A stretch of 64,000 nucleotides of DNA from the NCBI GenBank assembly GCA_025453395.1, contig JALOQK010000005.1, positions 12,684 to 76,683 on the forward strand, read 5' to 3'. The notes under the pieces are model-generated. The model saw nothing but the letters and a program-made list of their open reading frames with translations. It ran no database searches and had not been told where the DNA came from. How positions within the stretch are numbered: the stretch's first letter is position 1; every line of letters starts with the position of its first letter. Shown one piece after another: positions 1 to 8,338 of the stretch. The DNA is from Candidatus Omnitrophota bacterium. Its GTDB lineage: Bacteria > Omnitrophota > Gorgyraeia > Gygaellales > Profunditerraquicolaceae. The position numbers and the translations under genes were made by a program.

Positions 1-1002
1 GCGCTTATGGCTATACTTGAAGGTATTCCTGCGGGGCTAAAGCTTGATGCTTCAGAAATTAACCTTTGGCTTAAGCGCCGCCAAGAGGGGCCGGGCCGGG
101 GCGCGCGCATGAAAATTGAGAAAGATACAGTAAATATTCTTTCCGGGACAAGAAAGGGCTTAACCATCGGCAGTCCCATTGGCATGATGATCAAGAATAA
201 AGACTTTTCTATTAATAAGCTTCCTGATGTTTTTGCGCCTCGTCCAGCGCACGCGGATCTAGCCGGATTCTTAAAATACGGCACGCATGATATGCGTGAT
301 ATTTTAGAGCGGGCTTCGGCGCGGGAAACTGCTTCTCGGGTAGCTGTGGGAGCGGTTTGCGCAACATTACTGGAAGAATTTGGGGTGAAGATTAAAAGCA
401 ATGTGGCAATTGTTGGCGGTGAAAGCCGTCCTAAAGAAATCCCCCAGAGGATCAAAGAGGCTTACGATAAGGGTGATACTGTGGGCGGGATATTTCAGGT
501 GCAGGTATCTGGCGTTATCCCCGGATTAGGCAGCCACGTCCAGCCTGACCGTAAGCTTGATGCCCGGATTTGCGCGCAAGTTATGTCCATCCCCGGGATC
601 AAGGCCATAGGTTTTGGTTTAGGATTTGCTTATGGGCATTGTTTTGGTTCAGAGTGCCACGATCCGATTCTTTATTCTAATTGTAACGGATATTACCGTT
701 GCACCAATAATGCCGGAGGAATTGAAGGCGGTATTTCAAATGGCGAAGATATTGTTTTCTCCGCCTGCATGAAGCCGATTGCTACTTTGGCGCATCCATT
801 AGCTTCGGTTGATGTGCGCACTAAAAAGCCTTGCAAGGCCAATGTCCAGCGCTCTGATACTTGCGCGGTGCATGCGGCGGCAGTAGTTGCCGAAGCCGCC
901 TGTGCTTTTGTGTTGGCAGGGGCCTTCTTGGAAAAGTTTGGCGCAGATAACCTTAAAGATATAAAACAGGCTTTTTTGGCATACCGAAAAAAAATCTGTT
1001 AG
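1..1002 (+). CDS. aroC: Chorismate synthase, 5' end cut by window edge
   Basis: Frame stays open to position 1. Motifs RASARETASRVA and GGIEGGISNGEDIVF match AroC. First visible residues AILEGIPAGL correspond to about 30 aa into AroC. Confidence 0.9.
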   Translation, partial: ALMAILEGIPAGLKLDASEINLWLKRRQEGPGRGARMKIEKDTVNILSGTRKGLTIGSPIGMMIKNKDFSINKLPDVFAPRPAHADLAGFLKYGTHDMRDILERASARETASRVAVGAVCATLLEEFGVKIKSNVAIVGGESRPKEIPQRIKEAYDKGDTVGGIFQVQVSGVIPGLGSHVQPDRKLDARICAQVMSIPGIKAIGFGLGFAYGHCFGSECHDPILYSNCNGYYRCTNNAGGIEGGISNGEDIVFSACMKPIATLAHPLASVDVRTKKPCKANVQRSDTCAVHAAAVVAEAACAFVLAGAFLEKFGADNLKDIKQAFLAYRKKIC

Positions 1003-1047
1003 AAAACATCATCTCCTTCGTCTAATAAAACAAAGGGGGTGATTGCT

Positions 1048-1302
1048 ATGTCAGAGAGCGCGATTGCAGTGAGCCGGATCTATAAGATCGACGGCGAAAC
1101 CAAGACCAAGGCCTTTGTGGACGTGGCATTAAGCGGGGTGGTGGTAAAAGGCCTAAGGGTAGTTGACGGTAGTAAGGGGTTGTTTGTGGGTATGCCGCGG
1201 CATCAGGGAAAAGACGGTAAGTGGTATGATACCGTTTATCCGACCACAAAAGAGATTAAGCAGGAATTGAGTGACTTAGTGTTAAAAGCGTATCAGGAAT
1301 AA
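1048..1302 (+). CDS. spoVG: SpoVG family protein
   Basis: Core KAFVDVALSGVVVKGLRVVDGSKGLFVGMPRHQGKDGKWYDTVYP is colinear with SpoVG. ATG at 1048 has a GGGGG RBS about 8 nt upstream. The ORF track used a GTG at 1039. Confidence 0.8.
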   Translation: MSESAIAVSRIYKIDGETKTKAFVDVALSGVVVKGLRVVDGSKGLFVGMPRHQGKDGKWYDTVYPTTKEIKQELSDLVLKAYQE

Positions 1303-1317
1303 TGGTGATTCGGTTAG

Positions 1318-1347
1318 GGCTACGAGGCGGTAAGCTTCGTAGCCTTT
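1318..1347 (+). terminator. Hairpin ggcuacgagg / cuucguagcc followed by UUU after spoVG
   Basis: Read directly: 10-bp stem with one G-U wobble and a 7-nt loop. The U-tract is short (ttt) only. Confidence 0.35.
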
Positions 1348-1367
1348 GCCGTAACCTATAGCATAAT

Positions 1368-1925
1368 ATGAATAATATTTATTTAGTCGGCTTCATGGGT
1401 ACAGGCAAAACTACAGTAGGAAATCTTTTAGCAAAGTCCAAACGCTGGAAGTTTTTAGATTTGGATGATTTTATTCAACTTCGTCAGAAGAGGTTGATTG
1501 CGGATATTTTTGCTAAAGAGGGAGAGGTTTATTTTCGCAGGATAGAAAAAGAAGCGCTTAAGGAAGTGGCCAAGGAAAAGAATTTCGTGGTTTCCTGTGG
1601 GGGTGGGATCGTCCTTGATAAAGCTAATATTGCGATTATGAAAGAAACCGGTAAAGTTATTTGTCTTTGCGCCTCGCCAAGCGTAATTTTAAAGAGAGTC
1701 TCTGGAAATAAAGACCGTCCGTTACTAAATGTCCCTGATCCCAAGGCACGGATTAAGGAATTATTAGCGTCTCGCGCTAAATATTATGCTTTGGCGCATA
1801 AAACAGTTGATACCTCAAAATTATCGGTGGAGCAAGTGGCACAAAAAATCATCAAAGCCACAAAGTCACAGGTGAAAAAACATAAGCGTAGAATTAAAAA
1901 CGTAAAGCGCAAAGCTATAGCGTAA
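1368..1925 (+). CDS. aroK: Shikimate kinase with Lys-rich C-terminal tail
   Basis: N-terminal P-loop LVGFMGTGKTTVG followed by the shikimate kinase core. Extra KKHKRRIKNVKRK tail. Confidence 0.85.
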   Translation: MNNIYLVGFMGTGKTTVGNLLAKSKRWKFLDLDDFIQLRQKRLIADIFAKEGEVYFRRIEKEALKEVAKEKNFVVSCGGGIVLDKANIAIMKETGKVICLCASPSVILKRVSGNKDRPLLNVPDPKARIKELLASRAKYYALAHKTVDTSKLSVEQVAQKIIKATKSQVKKHKRRIKNVKRKAIA

Positions 1926-1977
1926 AATTAAGAATTTTGCGTTTTGAATTATGGTCTCACTTTTTTACTTTATTTAT

Positions 1978-2012
1978 CTGAAAGCTGATAGCTGACGACT
2001 GAAAGCTGATGG
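1978..2012 (+). repeat. AGCTGAW heptamer tandem repeat (family B), abutting dprA start codon
   Basis: ctgaaagctgatagctgacgactgaaagctgatgg. Same motif at 54208-54242, and its reverse complement at 22996-23029 and 41887-41919. Confidence 0.8.
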
Positions 2013-2013
2013 A

Positions 2014-3114
2014 ATGACTAAACTCGAAGTTTTAGTAAGTTTGAACATGATTGGCGAGATTGGGAGCGTGCGCTTGGGCCGGCTCTTGGATTATTTTGAT
2101 CGCCTTGAGGATATTTTTACTGCCAGCCCTGGCCAATTGATGCGTATTGCTGGAGTTAGTCAAAAGATTGCTGATAGAATTCACGCATTTAAAAAAGAAG
2201 ATTTAGATAAAGAATTAGAAGCTGCAGAGAAGTTGGGTTTAGAAATTATTACCTTAGATGACGCGGATTATCCGGAAAATCTAAAAAATATTCCCAGCCC
2301 CCCGATTGTGCTTTACGTAAAAGGCAATCTAGAAGAGGAAGATAAATCCGCCATAGGTGTAGTAGGAAGCCGCAGGGCTTCCTTTTACGGATTATCTCAA
2401 GCAGAAAAGTTTTCTTTTGATTTAGCCAAAGACGGCGTAACTATTGTTTCTGGAATGGCACGCGGAGTTGATACTTCTGCGCATCAAGGGGCGTTAAAAG
2501 CCCATGGACGCACTATTGCAGTTATCGGAAGCGGGTTTAATCATATTTATCCAGCGGAAAATAAAGAATTGGCGGAAAAAATAGCTCAAAATGGCGCAGT
2601 TATTTCTGAATTCCCCTTAGCGGCACAGCCGCTAAGGGGAAACTTTCCGCGCAGAAACCGTGTGATAAGCGGCTTGTCTCTTGGAACACTAGTTATAGAA
2701 GCCGCGCAAAATAGCGGAGCGTTAATTACCGCGGATTTTGCCCTTGAGCAAGGAAGAGATGTGTTTTGCCTGCCCGGAAAAATTGATTCGTCTTTATCTT
2801 TGGGCCCAAATAAATTAATCCAGCAGGGAGCAAAATTAGTTTGCAGCAAAGAAGATATCTTGGAAGAGTTAAAGCTTCCTTTATTAAGAAACATGCCCAG
2901 AAAGGAAATCAAAAACAGGCTTAAAATCCCTGCGCCTGACCCGCAGGACGCGGGTTTATATGATTTAATTTCAGATCAGCCGGTTGTTTTGGATGATATC
3001 TTGGAAAAAACAAACTTGAATATCTCGCGCGCCTGTGAGATACTCTTAACATTGCAAGTAAAGAAACTTATTAAAGAGCTTCCGGGAAAACAATTCATTA
3101 AAAATAATCAATAA
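2014..3114 (+). CDS. dprA: DNA processing protein DprA (Smf)
   Basis: GVVGSRRASFYGLSQAEKFSFDLAKDGVTIVSGMARGVDTSAHQGAL Rossmann core typical of DprA. Confidence 0.9.
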   Translation: MTKLEVLVSLNMIGEIGSVRLGRLLDYFDRLEDIFTASPGQLMRIAGVSQKIADRIHAFKKEDLDKELEAAEKLGLEIITLDDADYPENLKNIPSPPIVLYVKGNLEEEDKSAIGVVGSRRASFYGLSQAEKFSFDLAKDGVTIVSGMARGVDTSAHQGALKAHGRTIAVIGSGFNHIYPAENKELAEKIAQNGAVISEFPLAAQPLRGNFPRRNRVISGLSLGTLVIEAAQNSGALITADFALEQGRDVFCLPGKIDSSLSLGPNKLIQQGAKLVCSKEDILEELKLPLLRNMPRKEIKNRLKIPAPDPQDAGLYDLISDQPVVLDDILEKTNLNISRACEILLTLQVKKLIKELPGKQFIKNNQ

Positions 3115-3583
3115 CCAAATGCCAATAACCAAATAATAACCAATGTTGCAAGCTCCAATAACCAAACATACGTTTGATTTAGAAGATAGAACGTTAGAAT
3201 TTAGCAAGACGGTAATACAGCTTTGCAAGAAGGTTCCTCGCAATGCTACAAATATTGAACTTATAAGTCAGTTAGTACGTTCTAGTGGCTCTGTAGGGGC
3301 AAATTATCGTGAAGCAAACGATGCTTTGAGTAAAAAAGATTTTACTCATCGTATTTTAATTACGAGAAGGGAAGCCAAAGAAGCGTATTATTGGCTTCAA
3401 CTTTTAAAAGAAGAAAATTCTTCTTTGGCTTGTGATATTGATAAAGCTTTACAAGAAGCAATGCAGCTAAAGAAGATTTTTTCTGCTATAGCTGGTAAGG
3501 TTTCTTAGTTTGGTTATTTGCTTTTTTTGTTAATTGGTGATTATTTGATGTTTGGAATTTGGTAATTGGTTATTTAATTTATT
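3106..3583 (+). mobile_element. Palindromic CCAATAACCAAA-family element carrying a four-helix-bundle gene at its centre (MITE-with-cargo-like)
   Basis: Direct units caataaccaaat / gccaataaccaaataataaccaat / ccaataaccaaac lie at 3106-3176. Their reverse complements tttggttatttg / tttggaatttggtaattggttattt lie at 3509-3583. In other copies of this family the two arms sit only about 12 nt apart. Confidence 0.45.
3143..3508 (+). CDS. Four-helix-bundle protein (TIGR02436-like, 'rRNA intervening sequence' protein family)
   Basis: 121 aa. FDLEDRTLEFSKTVIQLCKKVP...GANYREANDA...HRILITRREAKEAYYWLQLL matches the family pattern. The 5' end of the ORF reads through a repeat unit (APITK encoded by ccaataaccaaa). 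Confidence 0.7.
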   Translation: MLQAPITKHTFDLEDRTLEFSKTVIQLCKKVPRNATNIELISQLVRSSGSVGANYREANDALSKKDFTHRILITRREAKEAYYWLQLLKEENSSLACDIDKALQEAMQLKKIFSAIAGKVS

Positions 3584-3600
3584 ACTTGAAGGAGATATAA

Positions 3601-5577
3601 ATGCCTAAAAAGAATCTAGTTATTGTTGAGTCTCCCACCAAAGCGCGCACTATCACCAAGATTTTAGGCGGTGATTTTGAAGTAGTTTCTACTATGGGGC
3701 ATGTGATTGACCTGCCGCAGAAAAGTTTAGGGGTGGATATTGAGAAAAATTTTGAAGCTGAATATGTGGTGATTCCTTCGCGCAAAAAAGTTTTAACCGA
3801 TCTTAAGAAGCAGGCCAAGGAAAAAGATTGCGTGTATATCGCTACCGACCCTGACCGCGAAGGAGAGGCGATAGGTTTTCATATTAAAGAGCGCTTAGGC
3901 AAAGTCAAGAAAGTCATGCGTGTAGTTTTCCATGAGATCACCTCATCGGCAGTAAAAGAAGCTTTTTCTCATGCCCGGGAATTTGACAAAAATATGGTTG
4001 AGGCGCAGGCTGGACGGCGCGTACTGGATAGGATCGTGGGGTATTTTTTAAGCCCGCTACTTTGGAAAAAGATTACCCGCGGCTTAAGCGCCGGACGCGT
4101 GCAGTCTGTGGCCTTAAGGATTATCGTAGAGAGAGAAAGAGAGATCCAGAAATTTGTCCCGCAGGAATATTGGGATGTTGAGGCAGAACTTAAAAAGAAA
4201 GATTCCGGCGAAGTCTTTATTGCTAAGTTAGATAAGGCAGATGATAAAAAAGTAAAAATAGTAAATAAAGAAGAGGCTGATGCTCTAGTTTCAGATATCA
4301 AAAATCAGAAATTCATTGTAAGTGACGTAGAGCAAAAAGAAAAAAGGCGCAATCCCTTGCCGCCTTTTATCACAAGTACCCTTCAGCAGGATTCGTTTAA
4401 CCGTTTGAAATTTAACGGCGCTAAGACTATGTTAATTGCCCAGCAGCTTTATGAAGGCGTGGATATCGGCCATGAAGAGGTCGTGGGGCTAATTACCTAT
4501 ATGCGTACAGATTCTCCGCGGGTAGCCCCAGAGGCAATTACCGCGGTACGTAAATTTATACAGGAGAAATTTGGGCAACAGTATCTTCCGCAAGAGCCCA
4601 ATATTTATAAAGTAAAAAAACACGCGCAGGAAGCGCATGAAGCAATCCGCCCGACATTGATTTCCAAAACCCCCGAAGAATTAAAGGATTACCTTACCCC
4701 AGAGCAGTATAAATTATATGAATTGATTTACCGGCGTTTTGTTTCCAGCCAAATGAACCCGGCAGTTTATCTTACCACCAGCGTTGATATCCAAGCCGGG
4801 AAATATTTGTTTTCGGCTTCCGGGTCAAAGATTACCTTTGACGGATTCTTGGCGATGTATGACAAGAAAGACGAAGATGAGGACAAAGAAAAACAGATGC
4901 CTTCTTTTGTGAAAGAAGAAGCGCTTGACCTGTTAAAGCTTGATCCTTCCCAGCATTTTACCAAGCCTCCGGCGCGTTTTTCGGATAGCTCTTTAGTTAA
5001 GGCGCTTGAAGAAGACGGCATTGGCAGGCCTTCTACTTACGCCCCGATCATTCAGACGCTTATCTTGCGTGATTATATGCGCCGCATCAGAGGATATTTT
5101 TTCCCCACGGAATTAGGGATGAAGGTTTCCGATATGCTGGTGGAGTATTTTCCCAAGATCATGGATTTAAATTTTACCGCTCTTATGGAAGAGGAGCTTG
5201 ATGAAATTGAAGAGGGGCAGTTTGAAAAAGAAAAAGTCTTAAATGATTTTTATAAGCCATTCAAAGAGTCGCTTGATTTTGCCCAGAATAATATTAAGAA
5301 GGAAGTGGTTAAGACCGAGGAAACTTGTGAAAAATGCGGCAAGCCTATGGTAATTAAATGGGGCAGGCGCGGTAAGTTTTTGAGTTGTTGCGCTTATCCG
5401 GAATGTACCTTTTCTAAATCTATTACTACCAAAGTAAAATGTCCGGAAAAAGATTGCGGGGGAGAGTTGATCGAGCGGCACTCAAGGCGGGGCCTGTTTT
5501 ACGGCTGTTCCAATTTTCCTAAATGCCGGTTTGTTTCTAAAGATTTGCCGGGCGAGGAAGAGGAAAGTAAAGAGTAA
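3601..5577 (+). CDS. topA: DNA topoisomerase I
   Basis: Toprim start LVIVESPTKARTI. C-terminal Cys4 zinc ribbons CEKCGKPM...CPEKDCGGEL. Strong RBS gaaggagatataaATG. Confidence 0.95.
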   Translation: MPKKNLVIVESPTKARTITKILGGDFEVVSTMGHVIDLPQKSLGVDIEKNFEAEYVVIPSRKKVLTDLKKQAKEKDCVYIATDPDREGEAIGFHIKERLGKVKKVMRVVFHEITSSAVKEAFSHAREFDKNMVEAQAGRRVLDRIVGYFLSPLLWKKITRGLSAGRVQSVALRIIVEREREIQKFVPQEYWDVEAELKKKDSGEVFIAKLDKADDKKVKIVNKEEADALVSDIKNQKFIVSDVEQKEKRRNPLPPFITSTLQQDSFNRLKFNGAKTMLIAQQLYEGVDIGHEEVVGLITYMRTDSPRVAPEAITAVRKFIQEKFGQQYLPQEPNIYKVKKHAQEAHEAIRPTLISKTPEELKDYLTPEQYKLYELIYRRFVSSQMNPAVYLTTSVDIQAGKYLFSASGSKITFDGFLAMYDKKDEDEDKEKQMPSFVKEEALDLLKLDPSQHFTKPPARFSDSSLVKALEEDGIGRPSTYAPIIQTLILRDYMRRIRGYFFPTELGMKVSDMLVEYFPKIMDLNFTALMEEELDEIEEGQFEKEKVLNDFYKPFKESLDFAQNNIKKEVVKTEETCEKCGKPMVIKWGRRGKFLSCCAYPECTFSKSITTKVKCPEKDCGGELIERHSRRGLFYGCSNFPKCRFVSKDLPGEEEESKE

Positions 5578-6446
5578 TGGATCGTTACGTTGATAAATTC
5601 CTGCGTTATCTGGAAATTGAAAGAAACTACTCCCGCCATACGCTTCTTAATTATTCCCTGGATTTAAACGATTTCATGAAATTCTTAGGCGAGAAAAGCC
5701 TTGAAAGCGTGGATTATCTTACTTTGCGTAAATACTTAGCCACCCTAAAAGAGAAAAGCATGCAAAGCCGCACCATGGGCAGGCATCTTTCCACTTTGCG
5801 CTCATTTTTTAAATTCCTAACCCGCGAAGGGCATATCAAGACTAACCCGGCATTAAGTATATCAAGCCCTAAACTTGATAAGCATCTGCCGCAATTTATG
5901 ACTGAAGAGGAAGTGACAAGATTGATTTCTTCGGTTATTCCTAAGGATCAAGATGATAAATTATCATATCGGGACTTGGCGATTATTGAAACTTTTTACA
6001 GCACCGGTATGCGTATTTCGGAATTAGTGGGGCTTAACCAAGAGGATGTTGACTTTATCGGTTGCGTGATTAAGGTGCGCGGTAAGGGCAAGAAAGAGCG
6101 CATTGTCCCTATCGGAGACCATGCTATTTCTGCTATTCGTAATTATCTGGTGCATCGAGCAAGTATGGTGGCAGCGGTCTTCTTAAATAAAAACGGCAGG
6201 CGCATTACTGACAGAGGAGTGCGTGATATAGTGGGTAAATACCTGCGCCTAACAGCAGCTAAAAAAGGGATTAGCCCGCATACCTTAAGGCATTCTTTTG
6301 CCACGCACCTTTTAAACCGCGGCGCAGACCTAAGAAGCGTGCAGGAGCTTTTGGGGCACGCTAATCTGTCTACTACTCAAATCTACACCCATCTTACCAC
6401 AGAACGCTTAAAAAGCGTCTACGACAAAGCCCATCCCCGGGCTTAA
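5577..6446 (+). CDS. xerC: Tyrosine recombinase XerC/XerD family
   Basis: N-terminal SAM-like domain. C-terminus HTLRHSFATHLLNRGADLRSVQELLGHANLSTTQIYTHL. TAATG overlap with topA. C versus D assignment is uncertain. Confidence 0.85.
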   Translation: MDRYVDKFLRYLEIERNYSRHTLLNYSLDLNDFMKFLGEKSLESVDYLTLRKYLATLKEKSMQSRTMGRHLSTLRSFFKFLTREGHIKTNPALSISSPKLDKHLPQFMTEEEVTRLISSVIPKDQDDKLSYRDLAIIETFYSTGMRISELVGLNQEDVDFIGCVIKVRGKGKKERIVPIGDHAISAIRNYLVHRASMVAAVFLNKNGRRITDRGVRDIVGKYLRLTAAKKGISPHTLRHSFATHLLNRGADLRSVQELLGHANLSTTQIYTHLTTERLKSVYDKAHPRA

Positions 6447-6480
6447 TGCGCCTTTCAAAGAATCGCTGAGTAATTAAATA

Positions 6481-6615
6481 GCCAATTATCAAGCACCAAT
6501 AACCAAATAAACACCAATAACCAAGTACCAATTTATCAAACAGGTTTGGTTATTGTAAAATTGGTAATTGGAATTTGTTTGGTGATTTGGATTTGGATAT
6601 GGGTTATTGCCAATT
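6481..6615 (+). repeat. Family A palindromic element (CCAATAACCAAA units, central hairpin ccaaacaggtttgg)
   Basis: Direct units caccaataaccaaataaacaccaataaccaag. Perfect central hairpin caaacaggtttg. Inverted units ggttattg, ttggtaattgg, tttggtgatttgg. Confidence 0.8.
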
Positions 6616-6640
6616 TTTTGTCCCCCTCCGGCCATTTTAG

Positions 6641-6649
6641 TGGTATAAT
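6641..6649 (+). promoter_or_regulatory. Extended -10 box TGGTATAAT about 10 nt upstream of waaA ATG (possible leaderless or very short leader)
   Basis: Exact TGnTATAAT at 6641-6649. waaA ATG at 6659. No convincing -35 or RBS. Confidence 0.3.
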
Positions 6650-6658
6650 TAACTCCCT

Positions 6659-7909
6659 ATGGCTGTGATATATAATATTATATTCTTATTATACGCGCTT
6701 GTTTCTTTGCCGGTTTTAGCTGTAAAAGGCAAGCTGCATCGGGGTTTATGGATGCGCCTTGGCTTTTTAGCGCAGGAACTTAAATTCAATAACCCCATTT
6801 GGATACACGCGGTAAGCGTGGGCGAGGTTATGGCTATGCGCGCGTTTATTCTTAAGCTTAAATCCGCCTATCCAAATAAAGAAATCATTATTTCTACGGT
6901 TACTGCTACCGGCAATAAGGTTGCCCGACAGATTGTTTCTGTGGATAAGGTGATTTATCTTCCTTTGGATTTTAGTTTCTCTGTGGAAAGGTTCATCCAA
7001 AGGATCAAACCAGCACTTTTAGTTGTTGCTGAAACTGAACTTTGGCCCAATCTTATTCAGGGGTTTTGGCGGCACAAAATACCGGTAGCCGTAGTCAATG
7101 CCCGCATATCTGACCGATCTTTCGGCAGGTATCAGATTATGAGATTTTTCTTTAAGGCGATACTAAGAAAAATCAGTATTTTCTGCGCGCAGACGGATCT
7201 TGATGCTTGGCGTCTTGAGCAAATAGGAGTGGGCAAAGATAAGATTAAGGTTACTGGTAACCTTAAGTTTGACGTAGAGATAAAACAGTCTTCAGGGCAA
7301 GAGGTTTATTTGCGGCAAGCCCTTGGGATAAAGAGCGGTGTTCCTGTTTTGGTTGCGGCTTCCACGCACCCCGGGGAAGAGGAGCAATTGTTGAGAGTTT
7401 ATCAAAAATTGCTCCCGGATTTTTCTTCCTTGCGCTTGGTCATTGCCCCCCGTCATCCGGAGAGGTCATCAGAGGTTAAACGTATCGTGGAGAAAAAAGG
7501 ATTAAGCGCGCAGCTTATCTCTAAAATGGATAAGCCAAAAGGCGCGAAAGAAATTTTGATCTTGGATACTATCGGCAAGCTCATGGATTATTATGCTATT
7601 TCTGATGTTGTTTTTATGGGAGGAAGTTTAACTAAAAACGGCGGGCATAATATTTTAGAGCCGGCAATTTTAGGAAAACCGGTATTGTTTGGCCCCTTTA
7701 TGTTTAATTTCCGCGGTATCGCTAAATTATTTTTAGATAAAGAAGCGGTAATCGGCGTGGCAAATGAAGATCAACTAGTTGCATCTTTGAAAGATCTGTT
7801 ATCTTATCCGCAGAAAGCCTTAAGCTTGGGTGAAAAAGCCAAACAACTTGTTTTAGCCGGCCGGGGGGCCGCAGAAAACAACTTAAGAGTCATTAAAGAC
7901 TATCTTTAG
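6659..7909 (+). CDS. waaA: 3-deoxy-D-manno-octulosonic acid (Kdo) transferase
   Basis: N-terminal membrane anchor, then IWIHAVSVGEV and a GT-B C-terminal half typical of WaaA/KdtA. Confidence 0.9.
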   Translation: MAVIYNIIFLLYALVSLPVLAVKGKLHRGLWMRLGFLAQELKFNNPIWIHAVSVGEVMAMRAFILKLKSAYPNKEIIISTVTATGNKVARQIVSVDKVIYLPLDFSFSVERFIQRIKPALLVVAETELWPNLIQGFWRHKIPVAVVNARISDRSFGRYQIMRFFFKAILRKISIFCAQTDLDAWRLEQIGVGKDKIKVTGNLKFDVEIKQSSGQEVYLRQALGIKSGVPVLVAASTHPGEEEQLLRVYQKLLPDFSSLRLVIAPRHPERSSEVKRIVEKKGLSAQLISKMDKPKGAKEILILDTIGKLMDYYAISDVVFMGGSLTKNGGHNILEPAILGKPVLFGPFMFNFRGIAKLFLDKEAVIGVANEDQLVASLKDLLSYPQKALSLGEKAKQLVLAGRGAAENNLRVIKDYL

Positions 7910-7920
7910 AAGGGAAAATT

Positions 7921-8334
7921 ATGAAAGTAAAGAAAATCACCGCTAGTAATTTCCAAGGTTTTGGCAAAATTATTGATTATTCTTTAAGCCGCAATCAGGC
8001 CAAGAAGAATCTTTTCTGTATTGTCTTAAGCGAAAACAGGCCTGTTGGCTGGAGGGTGGCGTATTTAGTGCTTCGGGATAAGAAAATTGATACCATGGAG
8101 GCGCATCCGGATACCTATGAAACCTTTGAGCCGGTAAAAGGCAAAAGCCTTATTTATTTAGCTACTTCCAAGAACAAAAGCCGTATAGAATGTTTTCTTT
8201 TGGACAGGCCGGTTATACTTAAGAAAGGTATTTGGCATGCGGTAGTTACTTTAGGCAAGGAATCAGAGATAAAAATTACGGAAAACGCAAGCGTAAAGTT
8301 AGTTTATTGGAAACTGGATAATTTCTTAAAATAA
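7921..8334 (+). CDS. Hypothetical small cupin-like protein between waaA and lpxK
   Basis: 137 aa. HPDTYETFEPVKGKSLIYL resembles a cupin/ureidoglycolate-lyase-like beta-barrel motif. Function unknown. Confidence 0.4.
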   Translation: MKVKKITASNFQGFGKIIDYSLSRNQAKKNLFCIVLSENRPVGWRVAYLVLRDKKIDTMEAHPDTYETFEPVKGKSLIYLATSKNKSRIECFLLDRPVILKKGIWHAVVTLGKESEIKITENASVKLVYWKLDNFLK

Positions 8335-8338
8335 GAAT

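Noticed and set aside
1039-1047. GTG start at 1039 for spoVG, as used in the ORF track.
   Set aside because: ATG at 1048 has a better-spaced GGGGG RBS and gives a typical SpoVG N-terminus.
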